Shown: piece after piece, positions 18,549 to 27,566 of the stretch
Numbering within the stretch: the stretch's first letter is position 1
Layout of the letters: each line of letters starts with the position of its first letter
Origin: Candidatus Iainarchaeum sp.
GTDB lineage: Archaea; Iainarchaeota; Iainarchaeia; Iainarchaeales; CSSED10-239
Assembly: GCA_037441475.1 (NCBI GenBank)
Contig: JBBISB010000001.1
Location: forward strand, 517,465 to 549,464
Length of the DNA: 32,000 nucleotides
Direction: 5' to 3'
Notes under the pieces: model-generated
The model's database searches: none
Told to the model about the DNA's origin: nothing
Seen by the model: only the letters and a program-made list of their open reading frames with translations
Translations under genes and position numbers: made by a program

Positions 18549-20687
18549 ATGGTTGACATAGATCTTGAAAGAGAACTTGATAGTTTTGATATAAAAGAAA
18601 CAAAGAGCATATTAGTTGATGAGTATGTTGATCTCTTTGTAGAATTCTTTGAAGAAATATACAAAAAAGAAATAGAACAGCTTGCCTCAAACTATCCAAC
18701 TGAAAAATCCCTAGAAATAGATTACAAAAAATTAGAAGACTTTGATCTAAATCTAGCAGAAAGACTTCTCTCTTCTCCAAACATTATCTTTGAAGCATCA
18801 AACGCAGCTATTAAAAAAATAGATCTAGGTATCCTGGATTCAGAAGTTGAAGATAACTTTGAACCTATGGTTAGGTTTTTCAACCTACCAGAAGAATACA
18901 GAGTTTCAATAAGAGAAGTAGGTTCTGAACATTTAACAGATCTTGTCTCTGTTGAAGGAACAATAAGAGCAATTACAGAAAAATTAGAAAAATTAACTCT
19001 TTCTCACTTCACATGTAAAAAATGTGGAACCCCAGTTATCTTAATGCAAAAAACACAACAGCTTCTAAAACCAGTAATGTGTAATGAATGTAAATCAAGA
19101 GACTTTGATCTAGACTTAGAACAATCAAAATTCATTGATTATCAAAAAATACAAATACAAGAACCTTTAGAAAACCTAAAAGGTTCAGAACAAGCAAGTA
19201 ACATAGATGTCTACCTTTCAGATGACTTAGTTAACAAATGTTCTGCAGGGGATAAAATAATTGTAACTGGTGTCTTAAAGTTAAGACCTACAAAAGGAGA
19301 CATGAACATCTTTTCAAGATACTTAGTTGCAAACCACATAGAAAGAGTAGATCAAGAGTATGAAGAGTTAAAAATATCTTTTGAAGAAGAACAAGAGATT
19401 AAAGCTCTTTCAAAAAAAGAAAATATCTATGAAATGCTTTCAAAATCAGTTGCTCCTAATATCTTCGGACATGAAGTTGTAAAGGAAGCAGTTACCTTAC
19501 AGATGTTTGGTGGTGTAAAAAAAGAAATTGCAAAACAAAAGTTTAGAGGTAACATACATGTTCTTTTAGTAGGTGATCCTTCTACTGGTAAGTCCAAGAT
19601 ACTAGAGTATTCAAACCTTTTAGCTCCAAAAAGTATATACGTTGCAGGAAAGACAGTTTCTGGTGCTGGTTTAACAGTCTCTGCTGTAAAAGATGAATAT
19701 GGAGAGGGTGGTTGGACATTAAAAGCTGGTGCTATCATTTTAGCAAGCGGTGGAATTGCAATGATTGATGAGTTTGATAAGATAGGTGCAGATGATAGGT
19801 CTTCTCTTCACGAAGCAATGGCTCAATCCACAGTTTCTGTTTCAAAAGCTGGTCTTTACAGTAAATTCAGAGCCGATACTTCAGTTCTTGCAGCAGCAAA
19901 TCCAAAGTACAACAGGTTTGATCCTTATAAAAATCCATTAGAGCAAATAGATCTTCCTTTCTCTCTTCTTTCAAGATTTGATTTATACTTTGTAATTCCA
20001 GATCTTTTAGATAGACAGATGGACACTGATATTGCAAAACATGTTTTAAAAACACAGGCTCTTGCAGAAAAGCTTTCTGGAAGAGATAAGACAATAACAA
20101 AAGAGGAGCTTTCAAGTATTGAAAAGCAAATCCTTCCAGCAATTGATCCTAATCTTTTTAAAAAGTTTGTAGCTTATGCTCGTCAGAACATAAAACCTGT
20201 TCTTTCTCAAGAGGCTTCAGATATTATCTTAAAATACTATGTTGAATTAAGAGACATGGGAAGAAAGAATAGAAGCTTTACTGCAACTCCAAGACAGCTT
20301 GAGGGTTTTATAAGACTTTCAGAAGCAAGTGCAAAAATAAAACTTAAAAAAACAATTGAAGCAAGTGATGCTCAAAGAGCAATCAGGATCTTTAAGACTT
20401 CCTTAGAGCAAGTTGCAATGGATAAAGAGACTGGTAAGATCGATATTGATATTTTGCAGACTGGTCAATCACAGAGTGAGAGAAACTTTATAAAAATTGT
20501 TTTAAAATATTTAAAAGATCTTTCATCAAAAGACCCAATAGCTACAAAAGACTTTATAGAGTTCACAACTAAAGAAGGGCATGATAAAGAAAAGGTTATG
20601 GAAGCAATCTCTAAGCTTAAGAAGATTGGGGATATCTATGAACCAAGGTCTGGTCTTTTAAAAGCCACTGAACCTGATGCCTTTTAA
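18549..20687 (+). CDS. mcm: Replicative DNA helicase MCM
   Basis: Zinc finger CKKCGTP...CNECKS, Walker A GDPSTGKSK, Walker B GIAMIDEFDKI, arginine finger LLSRFDLYFVI, and C-terminal winged-helix region. Confidence 0.97.
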   Translation: MVDIDLERELDSFDIKETKSILVDEYVDLFVEFFEEIYKKEIEQLASNYPTEKSLEIDYKKLEDFDLNLAERLLSSPNIIFEASNAAIKKIDLGILDSEVEDNFEPMVRFFNLPEEYRVSIREVGSEHLTDLVSVEGTIRAITEKLEKLTLSHFTCKKCGTPVILMQKTQQLLKPVMCNECKSRDFDLDLEQSKFIDYQKIQIQEPLENLKGSEQASNIDVYLSDDLVNKCSAGDKIIVTGVLKLRPTKGDMNIFSRYLVANHIERVDQEYEELKISFEEEQEIKALSKKENIYEMLSKSVAPNIFGHEVVKEAVTLQMFGGVKKEIAKQKFRGNIHVLLVGDPSTGKSKILEYSNLLAPKSIYVAGKTVSGAGLTVSAVKDEYGEGGWTLKAGAIILASGGIAMIDEFDKIGADDRSSLHEAMAQSTVSVSKAGLYSKFRADTSVLAAANPKYNRFDPYKNPLEQIDLPFSLLSRFDLYFVIPDLLDRQMDTDIAKHVLKTQALAEKLSGRDKTITKEELSSIEKQILPAIDPNLFKKFVAYARQNIKPVLSQEASDIILKYYVELRDMGRKNRSFTATPRQLEGFIRLSEASAKIKLKKTIEASDAQRAIRIFKTSLEQVAMDKETGKIDIDILQTGQSQSERNFIKIVLKYLKDLSSKDPIATKDFIEFTTKEGHDKEKVMEAISKLKKIGDIYEPRSGLLKATEPDAF

Positions 20688-20693
20688 GGTTTT
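20667..20693 (+). repeat. Direct repeat (left copy), 3' end of mcm
   Basis: ACTGAACCTGATGCCTTTTAAGGTTTT, matching 26/27 with 22115-22141. Confidence 0.9.
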
Positions 20694-20723
20694 CTTTAAG
20701 ATTTTAAATTTATTTTTTATTAT

Positions 20724-20736
20724 GGATTCTAAATCC
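20724..20736. repeat. Short inverted repeat GGATTcTAAATCC, related to the next hairpin
   Basis: GGATT-CTA-AATCC, a 13-mer repeated with one change at 20757-20769. Confidence 0.6.
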
Positions 20737-20752
20737 TAATTTAATTGTTTTT

Positions 20753-20773
20753 ATGTGGATTCCAAATCCACAT
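20753..20773. repeat. Perfect hairpin
   Basis: ATGTGGATT-CCA-AATCCACAT, 9-bp arms, 3-nt loop. Confidence 0.75.
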
Positions 20774-20804
20774 ATTTAAAAACCTTTTTGTATATATAAT
20801 TAAT

Positions 20805-22067
20805 ATGGATTATATGTTATTAAAGCAAGTTATTATTAATCAAAATATTTTTTTTAAAATCAAACCAGTAGGTTATATAAGAGATAAATTACAATTAATT
20901 AAAAAAGATATTAATACACCTACAATTATTGTTATTACTGGGCACAGAAGAGTTGGAAAATCAACCTTATTTTTACAAATTGCAAATTTTTTTTATAAAG
21001 ATAATTATTATTATTTAGATTTTTCAGATCCTGTTTTAAGAAACATAAATATTGAAGATTTTTTAAAAATTGAAGAAATTTTTTTACAAGAATTTAAAAA
21101 AAGAAAAGCTTTTTTCTTTGATGAGATTCAAGGTGTGCCTGGTTGGAATTTATTTGTAAATCAATTAAGAGAAAAAGGGTATAAATGTTATATAACATGG
21201 TCTAATGCAGAACTATTATCTAAAGAGATTTCAACCTATCTAACTGGAAGACATAAGGATTATGAATTATATCCGTTTTCTTTTAAAGAATACTTATCGT
21301 TTAATAATATAGTTAAAGAACAGTTTACTACATCTAAAAATGCACAACTGTTATCTTATTTTGATACTTATTTAAATGCAGGTGGCTTTCCTGAAATTGT
21401 TGTTTATAATCAAAATGAATTGTTAAAAGAAATTTATAAAGATATAATATTAAAAGATGTTGCATTAAGATGGGATTTAAAAAATATATCTGAACTTGAA
21501 GATTTATCTTTTTATTTATTATCAAACGCCACTCAAGAATATAATTATAATTCTTTAAAAAAAAAAGTTAATATTAAAGATGCAAAAACAATTAAACAAT
21601 ATATTAATTATCTGTGTAAAACATATATGTTTTTTGAAGTATCTCAATTTGATTTTTCATTAAATAAACAAAGAAAACGTAATAAAAAGATATATATTTT
21701 AGATAATGGATTTTTAACACAAGTAGGTTACTCTTTTTCTATAGGTAAAAGTAGATATTTAGAAAATCTTGTGTTTATGGAATTAAAAATGAGAAATTTA
21801 GAAGTTTATTTTTATAAAGATAATTCTAATTTAGAATGTGATTTTTTAATTGTTGAAAATAAACAAGTAAAAGATGCTTTTCAAGTTTGTTTTTCAGTAG
21901 ATAAAAAAGAAACTGAAGATAGAGAAGTTAATGGTCTTCTTTCTGCTTTAAAAGCTTATAATTTAAAAAAAGGCACTATTATTACTTATAATTTTGAAAA
22001 AGAAATTAAAATCAATGGATTTATAGTTAATTTTATTCCAGCCTTTAAATGGTTATTAGATAAATGA
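20805..22067 (+). CDS. AAA_14/DUF4143-type ATPase
   Basis: Walker A VITGHRRVGKSTLFLQI, 'FFDEIQGVPGWNLFVNQL', and C-terminal 'YSFSIGKSRYLENLVFMELKMRNLEVYFYKDNSNLECDFLI'. An ATG at 20805 is preferred over the track start at 20745. Confidence 0.88.
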   Translation: MDYMLLKQVIINQNIFFKIKPVGYIRDKLQLIKKDINTPTIIVITGHRRVGKSTLFLQIANFFYKDNYYYLDFSDPVLRNINIEDFLKIEEIFLQEFKKRKAFFFDEIQGVPGWNLFVNQLREKGYKCYITWSNAELLSKEISTYLTGRHKDYELYPFSFKEYLSFNNIVKEQFTTSKNAQLLSYFDTYLNAGGFPEIVVYNQNELLKEIYKDIILKDVALRWDLKNISELEDLSFYLLSNATQEYNYNSLKKKVNIKDAKTIKQYINYLCKTYMFFEVSQFDFSLNKQRKRNKKIYILDNGFLTQVGYSFSIGKSRYLENLVFMELKMRNLEVYFYKDNSNLECDFLIVENKQVKDAFQVCFSVDKKETEDREVNGLLSALKAYNLKKGTIITYNFEKEIKINGFIVNFIPAFKWLLDK

Positions 22068-22114
22068 TCTTAAATTAATATTTTTAATTTTTTAAACCTT
22101 ACTTATTTAAGTAA

Positions 22115-22141
22115 ACTGAACCAGATGCCTTTTAAGGTTTT
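22115..22141 (+). repeat. Direct repeat (right copy), orphan copy of mcm 3' end
   Basis: ACTGAACCAGATGCCTTTTAAGGTTTT encodes TEPDAF* with a synonymous Pro codon change. Confidence 0.9.
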
Positions 22142-22143
22142 AT

Positions 22144-22165
22144 AAAAGGTTTTTTAAAACCTTTT
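22144..22165 (+). terminator. Hairpin downstream of the orphan mcm end
   Basis: AAAAGGTTTT-TT-AAAACCTTTT, 10-bp perfect arms. Confidence 0.6.
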
Positions 22166-22205
22166 AATCTTTTTTTATTGTATATAATATAAAAATGATC
22201 TGTCT

Positions 22206-22736
22206 ATGATTACCTATAAAAATTATTCTTCAAAAAAACTTTTTGATTTAATACATAATTATTCTTACTTAAAAGAAATTTATAAAGTCAAGTTTAATAC
22301 TAGTAGTGTTCCTGCCATTTATTCTCAAGATATAAAAGATGTTCTTTTTAGAAATTATCCTAACACACATATTTTTTTAGCCTTAAATGAAAATACTCCT
22401 GTTGCTTTTCTTAACGGAAGTTATAATAAAAACAATAATTGTTTTACAATAGAGGCTGTTTTTGCATCTAAGAGATTAAGTCCAGCTGAGCAAGAATTAA
22501 TTAAAGGTAAATTAATGTTAAGAGCAATATCTCATGCCAGAGTTAAAGAAAAAACAGTTAATTTTGCCCCTAGTGTTTTTCTTTCAAAAGAAATAAAAGA
22601 TATTTTTAAAAAAATACATACCAGAAAAATAGATAGCAAAAGATTAACCTATGTTCCAGATAAAAAATTTCTATCTACAAAAGAAAGTTTTTCTATTTTT
22701 AAAAAAGATAAAGTTAAAACTTTAAAAAAGAAATAA
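22206..22736 (+). CDS. GNAT-like acetyltransferase (divergent)
   Basis: 'THIFLALNENTPVAFLNGSYNKNNNCFTIEAVFASKRLSPAEQELIKGKLM' GNAT-like pattern. Confidence 0.45.
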   Translation: MITYKNYSSKKLFDLIHNYSYLKEIYKVKFNTSSVPAIYSQDIKDVLFRNYPNTHIFLALNENTPVAFLNGSYNKNNNCFTIEAVFASKRLSPAEQELIKGKLMLRAISHARVKEKTVNFAPSVFLSKEIKDIFKKIHTRKIDSKRLTYVPDKKFLSTKESFSIFKKDKVKTLKKK

Positions 22737-22745
22737 TGTGTTTTT

Positions 22746-23258
22746 ATGATTAGATATAAGGTTTTTGATTCTGTTAACATGTCTGAGTTTATAAATAATG
22801 AAAAACTATTTAAAGAAGCTTATTCTATAGTTACACAAGATGTTATTTTGTCAAAAGAATATGAAGAAAGAAGATTAAATTTTTTTAAAAGAGATTTTAA
22901 AAATACTAGTGCCTTTGTTTTTATGGCTTTTTCTGAAAACAAACTAGTTGGTTTTCTATCAGGATATACAAACCTTAATAATTTTAATATTCAAAACCTT
23001 TTTGTATCTAAAAAAAATCATTCAAAAGCAATTGGTACAAAATTAAAAATATATTCTATAGCTTACCTAAGATCAAAAAAAGGTACTAGTAATTTTGTGA
23101 GCTTAAATGTGGTTAATCCAAAGGTTTATCAAATAAACAAAAGAATTGTTGAAAGAAAAAACATTTCTAAAAATACTACTTATTCTTTTGAGAAAACTTC
23201 TGCTAATGGGGTTTTTAAAAAAAATTTACATAAAATAATTACTAAAAAAAGAAGATAA
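22746..23258 (+). CDS. GNAT-like acetyltransferase, possibly a paralogue of the preceding ORF
   Basis: 'AFVFMAFSENKLVGFLSGYTNLNNFNIQNLFVSKKNHSKAIGTKLKIYSIAYLRSK'. Confidence 0.55.
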   Translation: MIRYKVFDSVNMSEFINNEKLFKEAYSIVTQDVILSKEYEERRLNFFKRDFKNTSAFVFMAFSENKLVGFLSGYTNLNNFNIQNLFVSKKNHSKAIGTKLKIYSIAYLRSKKGTSNFVSLNVVNPKVYQINKRIVERKNISKNTTYSFEKTSANGVFKKNLHKIITKKRR

Positions 23259-23260
23259 TC

Positions 23261-24127
23261 ATGGTCAAAGATAAAAACAAAGATACCTTTCCATTAAACT
23301 TCATATTATTTTTAACAATTATTTTTTTAGTAGTTCAAGTAGTTGGGTTGTTTGTAACCTCCTACTATGCTTCCTTAACAGATCTAAGGATAGCCTTAAT
23401 AACTGATGATCCTAACGATATAATAAATGCTGTTTTCATAATAGTTCAAATCCTAGTTATAACAGGTATTATTCTTCTAATAAAAAGGTTTTCAAAAAAA
23501 ACCGGTTACTTAAGAATCTTTGAGTATCTTGCATTGTTTGTTGGTATGACAGTTGTTTTTGATGTTATTTTTTCAGAAATAGCTTCAATGTATATATCTG
23601 TTCTTTTACTTTTTATCAAATATCTTTTAGAGAAGTATAAATCTGATTATAAAAAGAGCATAATGTGGTATAACAATTTACTTCTTTCTCTTTCAATAGC
23701 AGGAGCGGGTGCAATAATAGGTCTTTCTCTTTGGCTTATCCCTGTAATTACTTTCTTAATACTTTTATCAATCTATGACATTATTGCTGTTTTTTACACA
23801 AAACACATGATCATCTTAGCAAAAACATTTTCAAAAACAAAGATGGCTTTAATCTTTTATATTCCAACAAAAGAAAAGACCTATCAGTTGGGTGGAGGGG
23901 ACTTAGTTATCCCTTTAGTTGTGTCTTCTTCTTTTTATTTCTATTTAATTAAGTTTTTTTCTTTTACCTTTGCTTTCTTTTATGTTTCTTTAGTATGGCT
24001 TGCTTCTCTTCTTGGTTTATTTATAACCTTTTACCTTCTTAAGAAATATGAGTTTAAGGCAATGCCTGCTCTTCCTATACAGGCCTTACTAATGATTGTA
24101 GTAATTGTTCTTTCAATTACTTTTTAA
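23261..24127 (+). CDS. Presenilin/signal-peptide-peptidase-like intramembrane aspartyl protease
   Basis: Multi-TM protein with IYDIIAVF (YD motif), LGGGDLVIP (GxGD motif) and MPALPIQ (PAL motif). Confidence 0.88.
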   Translation: MVKDKNKDTFPLNFILFLTIIFLVVQVVGLFVTSYYASLTDLRIALITDDPNDIINAVFIIVQILVITGIILLIKRFSKKTGYLRIFEYLALFVGMTVVFDVIFSEIASMYISVLLLFIKYLLEKYKSDYKKSIMWYNNLLLSLSIAGAGAIIGLSLWLIPVITFLILLSIYDIIAVFYTKHMIILAKTFSKTKMALIFYIPTKEKTYQLGGGDLVIPLVVSSSFYFYLIKFFSFTFAFFYVSLVWLASLLGLFITFYLLKKYEFKAMPALPIQALLMIVVIVLSITF

Positions 24128-24222
24128 TTTTATTTTTTAAAAAATAAAACAATCTTTATAAATAGTTTGTTCTTTTTTTATATTTGATGGGGGTAGTTAC
24201 ATTTTAAAGAGGTTTTTATATA

Positions 24223-25019
24223 ATGATTAAATTATTAAATATTGGTAAGGGAAAAAAAACCAACCAACCTTAAATTGAACCCATCTATAAATCCTAATCA
24301 ATTAACTTATAAGGACACTATACCTTATAGGTATTATGGTAAAAAACTTGTTTATACTAATTTTGCAATAGAGGTTTTAAAAGAAAACCCTGGTATTATA
24401 AAAGCAATAAATTTCTTATCTAAAAATAAAAAAGAAATAAGGTTTGTTGAAGACAAAGGAAGATTTGAAATCCTAAAGGTAACAAACCAAATTATTAATA
24501 AGAAAAGGACTACATCAGCATACACAAGTGAAGGGTATCTTTTAATAATTAATAAAGCAAAACCAATTAGATTTTTTATAAAAGAAACAAGCGGTGCAGT
24601 TTTCTTTAACAGAAGAGTTGTTGGCTTTACGATTAATTAAAAAAGAAGCTAAAAAATTGGTTTTAAAATAATTAAACCTCACTTTGCTTTTGATAATCAT
24701 GCTAAAATTTCTGGTTTTTTCTTCAATATTCCTGACATGAGATCTTTTATTGTTTATGAACTTTCTTATCTTTTAACTGTAAGTGATGCTATTAAGAAAA
24801 AAATTAACTGCAGTTGAAAAAAAGAACATAGATATAAAATTTTCACAATTAAATCAAACTTTAACCAAGATTGGTTTTTTTGATCTTGATTTAAATAAAA
24901 GAAACTGTTTTATAGATTTTTCTAAAAAGCCAGCAGATTTATATTTATTTGATCCTTTAACCTTTAGTGAAAACTATTCTTTTTTTACAAAAGAGATTTC
25001 TAAAATAGATAAAAAATAG
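24223..25019 (+). pseudogene. Hypothetical gene disrupted by several apparent frameshifts
   Basis: Removing one A from the A8 run at 24252-24259 gives MIKLLNIGKGKKPTNLKLNPSINPNQLTYKDTIPYRYYGKK. Further breaks near 24639, 24665 and 24797-24803 separate segments including IIKPHFAFDNHAKISGFFFNIPDMRSFIVYELSYLLTVSDAIKKKLTAVEKKNIDI. Confidence 0.5.
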
Positions 25020-25131
25020 TTTTTTAAAATAAAATATTCCCTTCTTTTTATTTATTGTTTTTATTAACTTTTTTTATAAACCCGCCTAAACTTACTAATA
25101 TTTATAAACACTTCTAAACATATAATATATT

Positions 25132-25572
25132 ATGGCAACTAAACAAAACAATACTAAAAATAATCTTTTAGACTATAAGTCACTTTTAGATAGACTATAC
25201 ATGGCTTTGCCTCCAAAAACCCTAGAAAGCACAAGGTTTGAACTTCCTACAGCTGATTCAATGATCCAAGGAAAACAAACTATTTGGAAGAACTTTTCAA
25301 AAGCTGCAAAGGACCTAAAAAGAGATGAAGCACAGATGTATAAGTTTGTAATGAAGGAAATATCAACTTCCTCTACAATAGTTAATGGTACCTTAGTCTT
25401 AAACGGAATCTTTAATAACTTTAAAATGAACCAAATCTTAGAAAAGTATATTAAGTTCTTTGTACTATGTTCTGCTTGTAAAAAACCAGACACTGAGATT
25501 GTAACTCAAAATAATGTTAAGATACTTAAGTGTACTGCTTGCGGAGCTGTTTCACCACTTCCAAGGTTATAA
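25132..25572 (+). CDS. eif2b: Translation initiation factor aIF2 subunit beta
   Basis: 'YIKFFVLCSACKKPDTEIV...ILKCTACGAVSPLP' zinc finger and eIF2beta/eIF5 domain. Confidence 0.93.
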   Translation: MATKQNNTKNNLLDYKSLLDRLYMALPPKTLESTRFELPTADSMIQGKQTIWKNFSKAAKDLKRDEAQMYKFVMKEISTSSTIVNGTLVLNGIFNNFKMNQILEKYIKFFVLCSACKKPDTEIVTQNNVKILKCTACGAVSPLPRL

Positions 25573-25603
25573 AAATATAGTGTTTTAAATAAAAGGTAAA
25601 CTT

Positions 25604-25894
25604 ATGATTGGTAAAATGCATGATGTAAACGGTCAAAGAATATTTGCATCCTGTGATAAGTCTTTAATTGGTAAAAAAATAATTATCGCTGATTTTGAAA
25701 TATCTTTTTCTAAAGGCTTTTATGGTGAAGAAGAAATGTCAATAGAAGAGATTATTAAAAACATCTCTAAATGTGATTCTGCAAACATCTTTGGAAAGAA
25801 AGTATGTGGTTTACTTTTAGAAAGAAAAATAATTATTGAGGAAACAATCATCTATATAGAAGATATCCCTCATGTGCAAATTTATAATATATAA
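25604..25894 (+). CDS. DUF424 family archaeal protein
   Basis: 'ILASCDKSLIGKK'-like start, 'FYGEE', 'ANIFGKKVCGLLLERKII...IEDIPHVQIYNI'. Confidence 0.8.
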   Translation: MIGKMHDVNGQRIFASCDKSLIGKKIIIADFEISFSKGFYGEEEMSIEEIIKNISKCDSANIFGKKVCGLLLERKIIIEETIIYIEDIPHVQIYNI

Positions 25895-25909
25895 GGAAGT
25901 GATTAATTT

Positions 25910-26257
25910 TTGGAAGAAAATAATGATCAAGCTAACGTAAGAGTAAGGGCCCCAAACAAAAAAGATTTAGAGCTGTTTGGAGTAGTTACTCAATTAATGG
26001 GTGTTAATAACATCTCAATAATGTGTGAAGATGGAAAAGAAAGAATCTGTAGAATACCAGGTAAAATGTTCAAGCACATCTGGATAAAGCAAGGTGATCT
26101 TGTAATTGTTAAACTATGGGATTTTCAACCTACAAAAGGAGATGTTATATGGAGATACTTAGGCTTTCAAGTTTCTGCTTTAGAAAGAAAAGGTCTTTTA
26201 AATGAAATGAACAAACATGCTCAAAGCACAACAAACAATAGAGTCTCTAGAGAATAA
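25910..26257 (+). CDS. eif1a: Translation initiation factor aIF1A
   Basis: 'LFGVVTQLMGVNNISIMCEDGKERICRIPGKMFKHIWIKQGDLVIVKLWDFQPTKGDVIWRY'. Confidence 0.96.
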   Translation: MEENNDQANVRVRAPNKKDLELFGVVTQLMGVNNISIMCEDGKERICRIPGKMFKHIWIKQGDLVIVKLWDFQPTKGDVIWRYLGFQVSALERKGLLNEMNKHAQSTTNNRVSRE

Positions 26258-26273
26258 AAAAAGGTTTTAAAAA

Positions 26274-27011
26274 ATGATTGAAAAAAGAAAAGTTGAAAAT
26301 TATGTGTTTGATAACAGAACACATGAAGCTATTTTTAAGCTTTCTAAAAACAGCATAATTGATACTATAGATGCTCCAATCTCAAGTGGAAAGGAAGCAA
26401 TTACTTTTATAGGTTACTTAAAGGACACTCCTCTTGCCTTAAAGATATACAAGGTAGAAACCTCAAGCTTTAAAAACATGGATAAATATATCAAAGGTGA
26501 CTTTAGGTTTAAAAGACTTTCAAACGACAAGCGCGAGTTGTTTTTAATATGGGCTTCCAAGGAATACAAGAACTTAACTTTAGCCTTAAGAAACGGTGTT
26601 AAGGTACCAATAGTTATTGCTAAGGAAAAAAACATTTTAGTCATGTCCTTTATAGGAACAAAAGATGGTGTTGCCTTTCCTAAACTTTCAGATATTGAGT
26701 TTTCCTTTGAAAAAGTATATCCTCAAATAATTGATAATTACGCAAAGATGCTTTATGGTGCAAAGCTTGTGCATGCTGATTTCTCTGCATTTAATATTTT
26801 AATAGATCCTGAAACAGAGGATATAACCATCATTGATATGGGTCAAGCTGTTGTTTATAGTCACCCATTATCCAAGGAATTTTTAAAAAGAGATATTATG
26901 TCAATTACAGATTTCTTAAACAGAAAGTTTAGAGAAAAAAACATTACTTATGAATCTTTTTTAGAAGATTTAAAAACAAAGAAAGAAGAGTTGTATGGAA
27001 GAAATAATTAG
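26274..27011 (+). CDS. rio1: RIO1-type serine protein kinase
   Basis: 'APISSGKEAITFIGYLKDTPLALKIYKVETSSFKNM...LVHADFSAFNILIDPETEDITIIDMGQAV'. Confidence 0.94.
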   Translation: MIEKRKVENYVFDNRTHEAIFKLSKNSIIDTIDAPISSGKEAITFIGYLKDTPLALKIYKVETSSFKNMDKYIKGDFRFKRLSNDKRELFLIWASKEYKNLTLALRNGVKVPIVIAKEKNILVMSFIGTKDGVAFPKLSDIEFSFEKVYPQIIDNYAKMLYGAKLVHADFSAFNILIDPETEDITIIDMGQAVVYSHPLSKEFLKRDIMSITDFLNRKFREKNITYESFLEDLKTKKEELYGRNN

Positions 27012-27564
27012 AGTTGGTGCAAACAGACTCCCTGTCGTCATAGGACCTAACGGTACTGTTAAAAGAGAGATTCAAAGAAAAACAAAGACTAAGCTAGAGA
27101 TAGATTCTCACTTAGGAGAGGTTACAATCTCTTCTGATCATTCTTTCTTTGAAGTACATACTGCAAAAAAAATTGTTTCAGCAATAGCAAGAGGTTTTTC
27201 TCCATATGATGCTTATAAGCTTTTAAAAGATGATTATAGCTTAGAAGTTATACCTTTAGAGGAGTATGTTAAAAACTCAAGAAGTAGGCATACACAGATA
27301 AAAGGAAGAGTTATTGGTAGAGAGGGAAGAATAAAACAAATTATTGAAAAAAGATATAATTGTTTAATCTCTGTTTATGGTAAAACTGTTTCAATTATTG
27401 GGGATGAAGAAAGAATAAAGGAAGCAAGAGAGGTTATTGAAAAAATACTTTCAGGCTCCAAGCATTCAACCATAATGAAAACAATTAAAATAAACTCTAT
27501 TCTTGATGGTTATAAAGAAGTTAAAGAAGAAGAAAACAAGATTGACGATATTAATTTTGATTAA
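26995..27564 (+). CDS. KH-domain RNA-binding protein, Pno1/Dim2-like ribosome biogenesis factor
   Basis: Two KH segments, including 'LPVVIGPNGTVKREIQRKTKTKLEIDSHLGEVTI' and 'GRVIGREGRIKQIIEKRYNCLISVYGKTVSIIGD'. Confidence 0.9.
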   Translation: MEEIIRVGANRLPVVIGPNGTVKREIQRKTKTKLEIDSHLGEVTISSDHSFFEVHTAKKIVSAIARGFSPYDAYKLLKDDYSLEVIPLEEYVKNSRSRHTQIKGRVIGREGRIKQIIEKRYNCLISVYGKTVSIIGDEERIKEAREVIEKILSGSKHSTIMKTIKINSILDGYKEVKEEENKIDDINFD

Positions 27565-27566
27565 AT

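Noticed and set aside
18433-18780. Minus-strand ORF over the mcm start
   Set aside because: Shadow of the mcm N-terminus; the product has no recognisable domain.
19427-20142. Minus-strand ORFs inside mcm
   Set aside because: Antisense to conserved helicase motifs.
20667-22141. Classical transposon with terminal inverted repeats
   Set aside because: No transposase-like ORF and no long terminal inverted repeats were seen. The flanking sequences are a direct repeat of a gene end, which fits insertion at the mcm end better.
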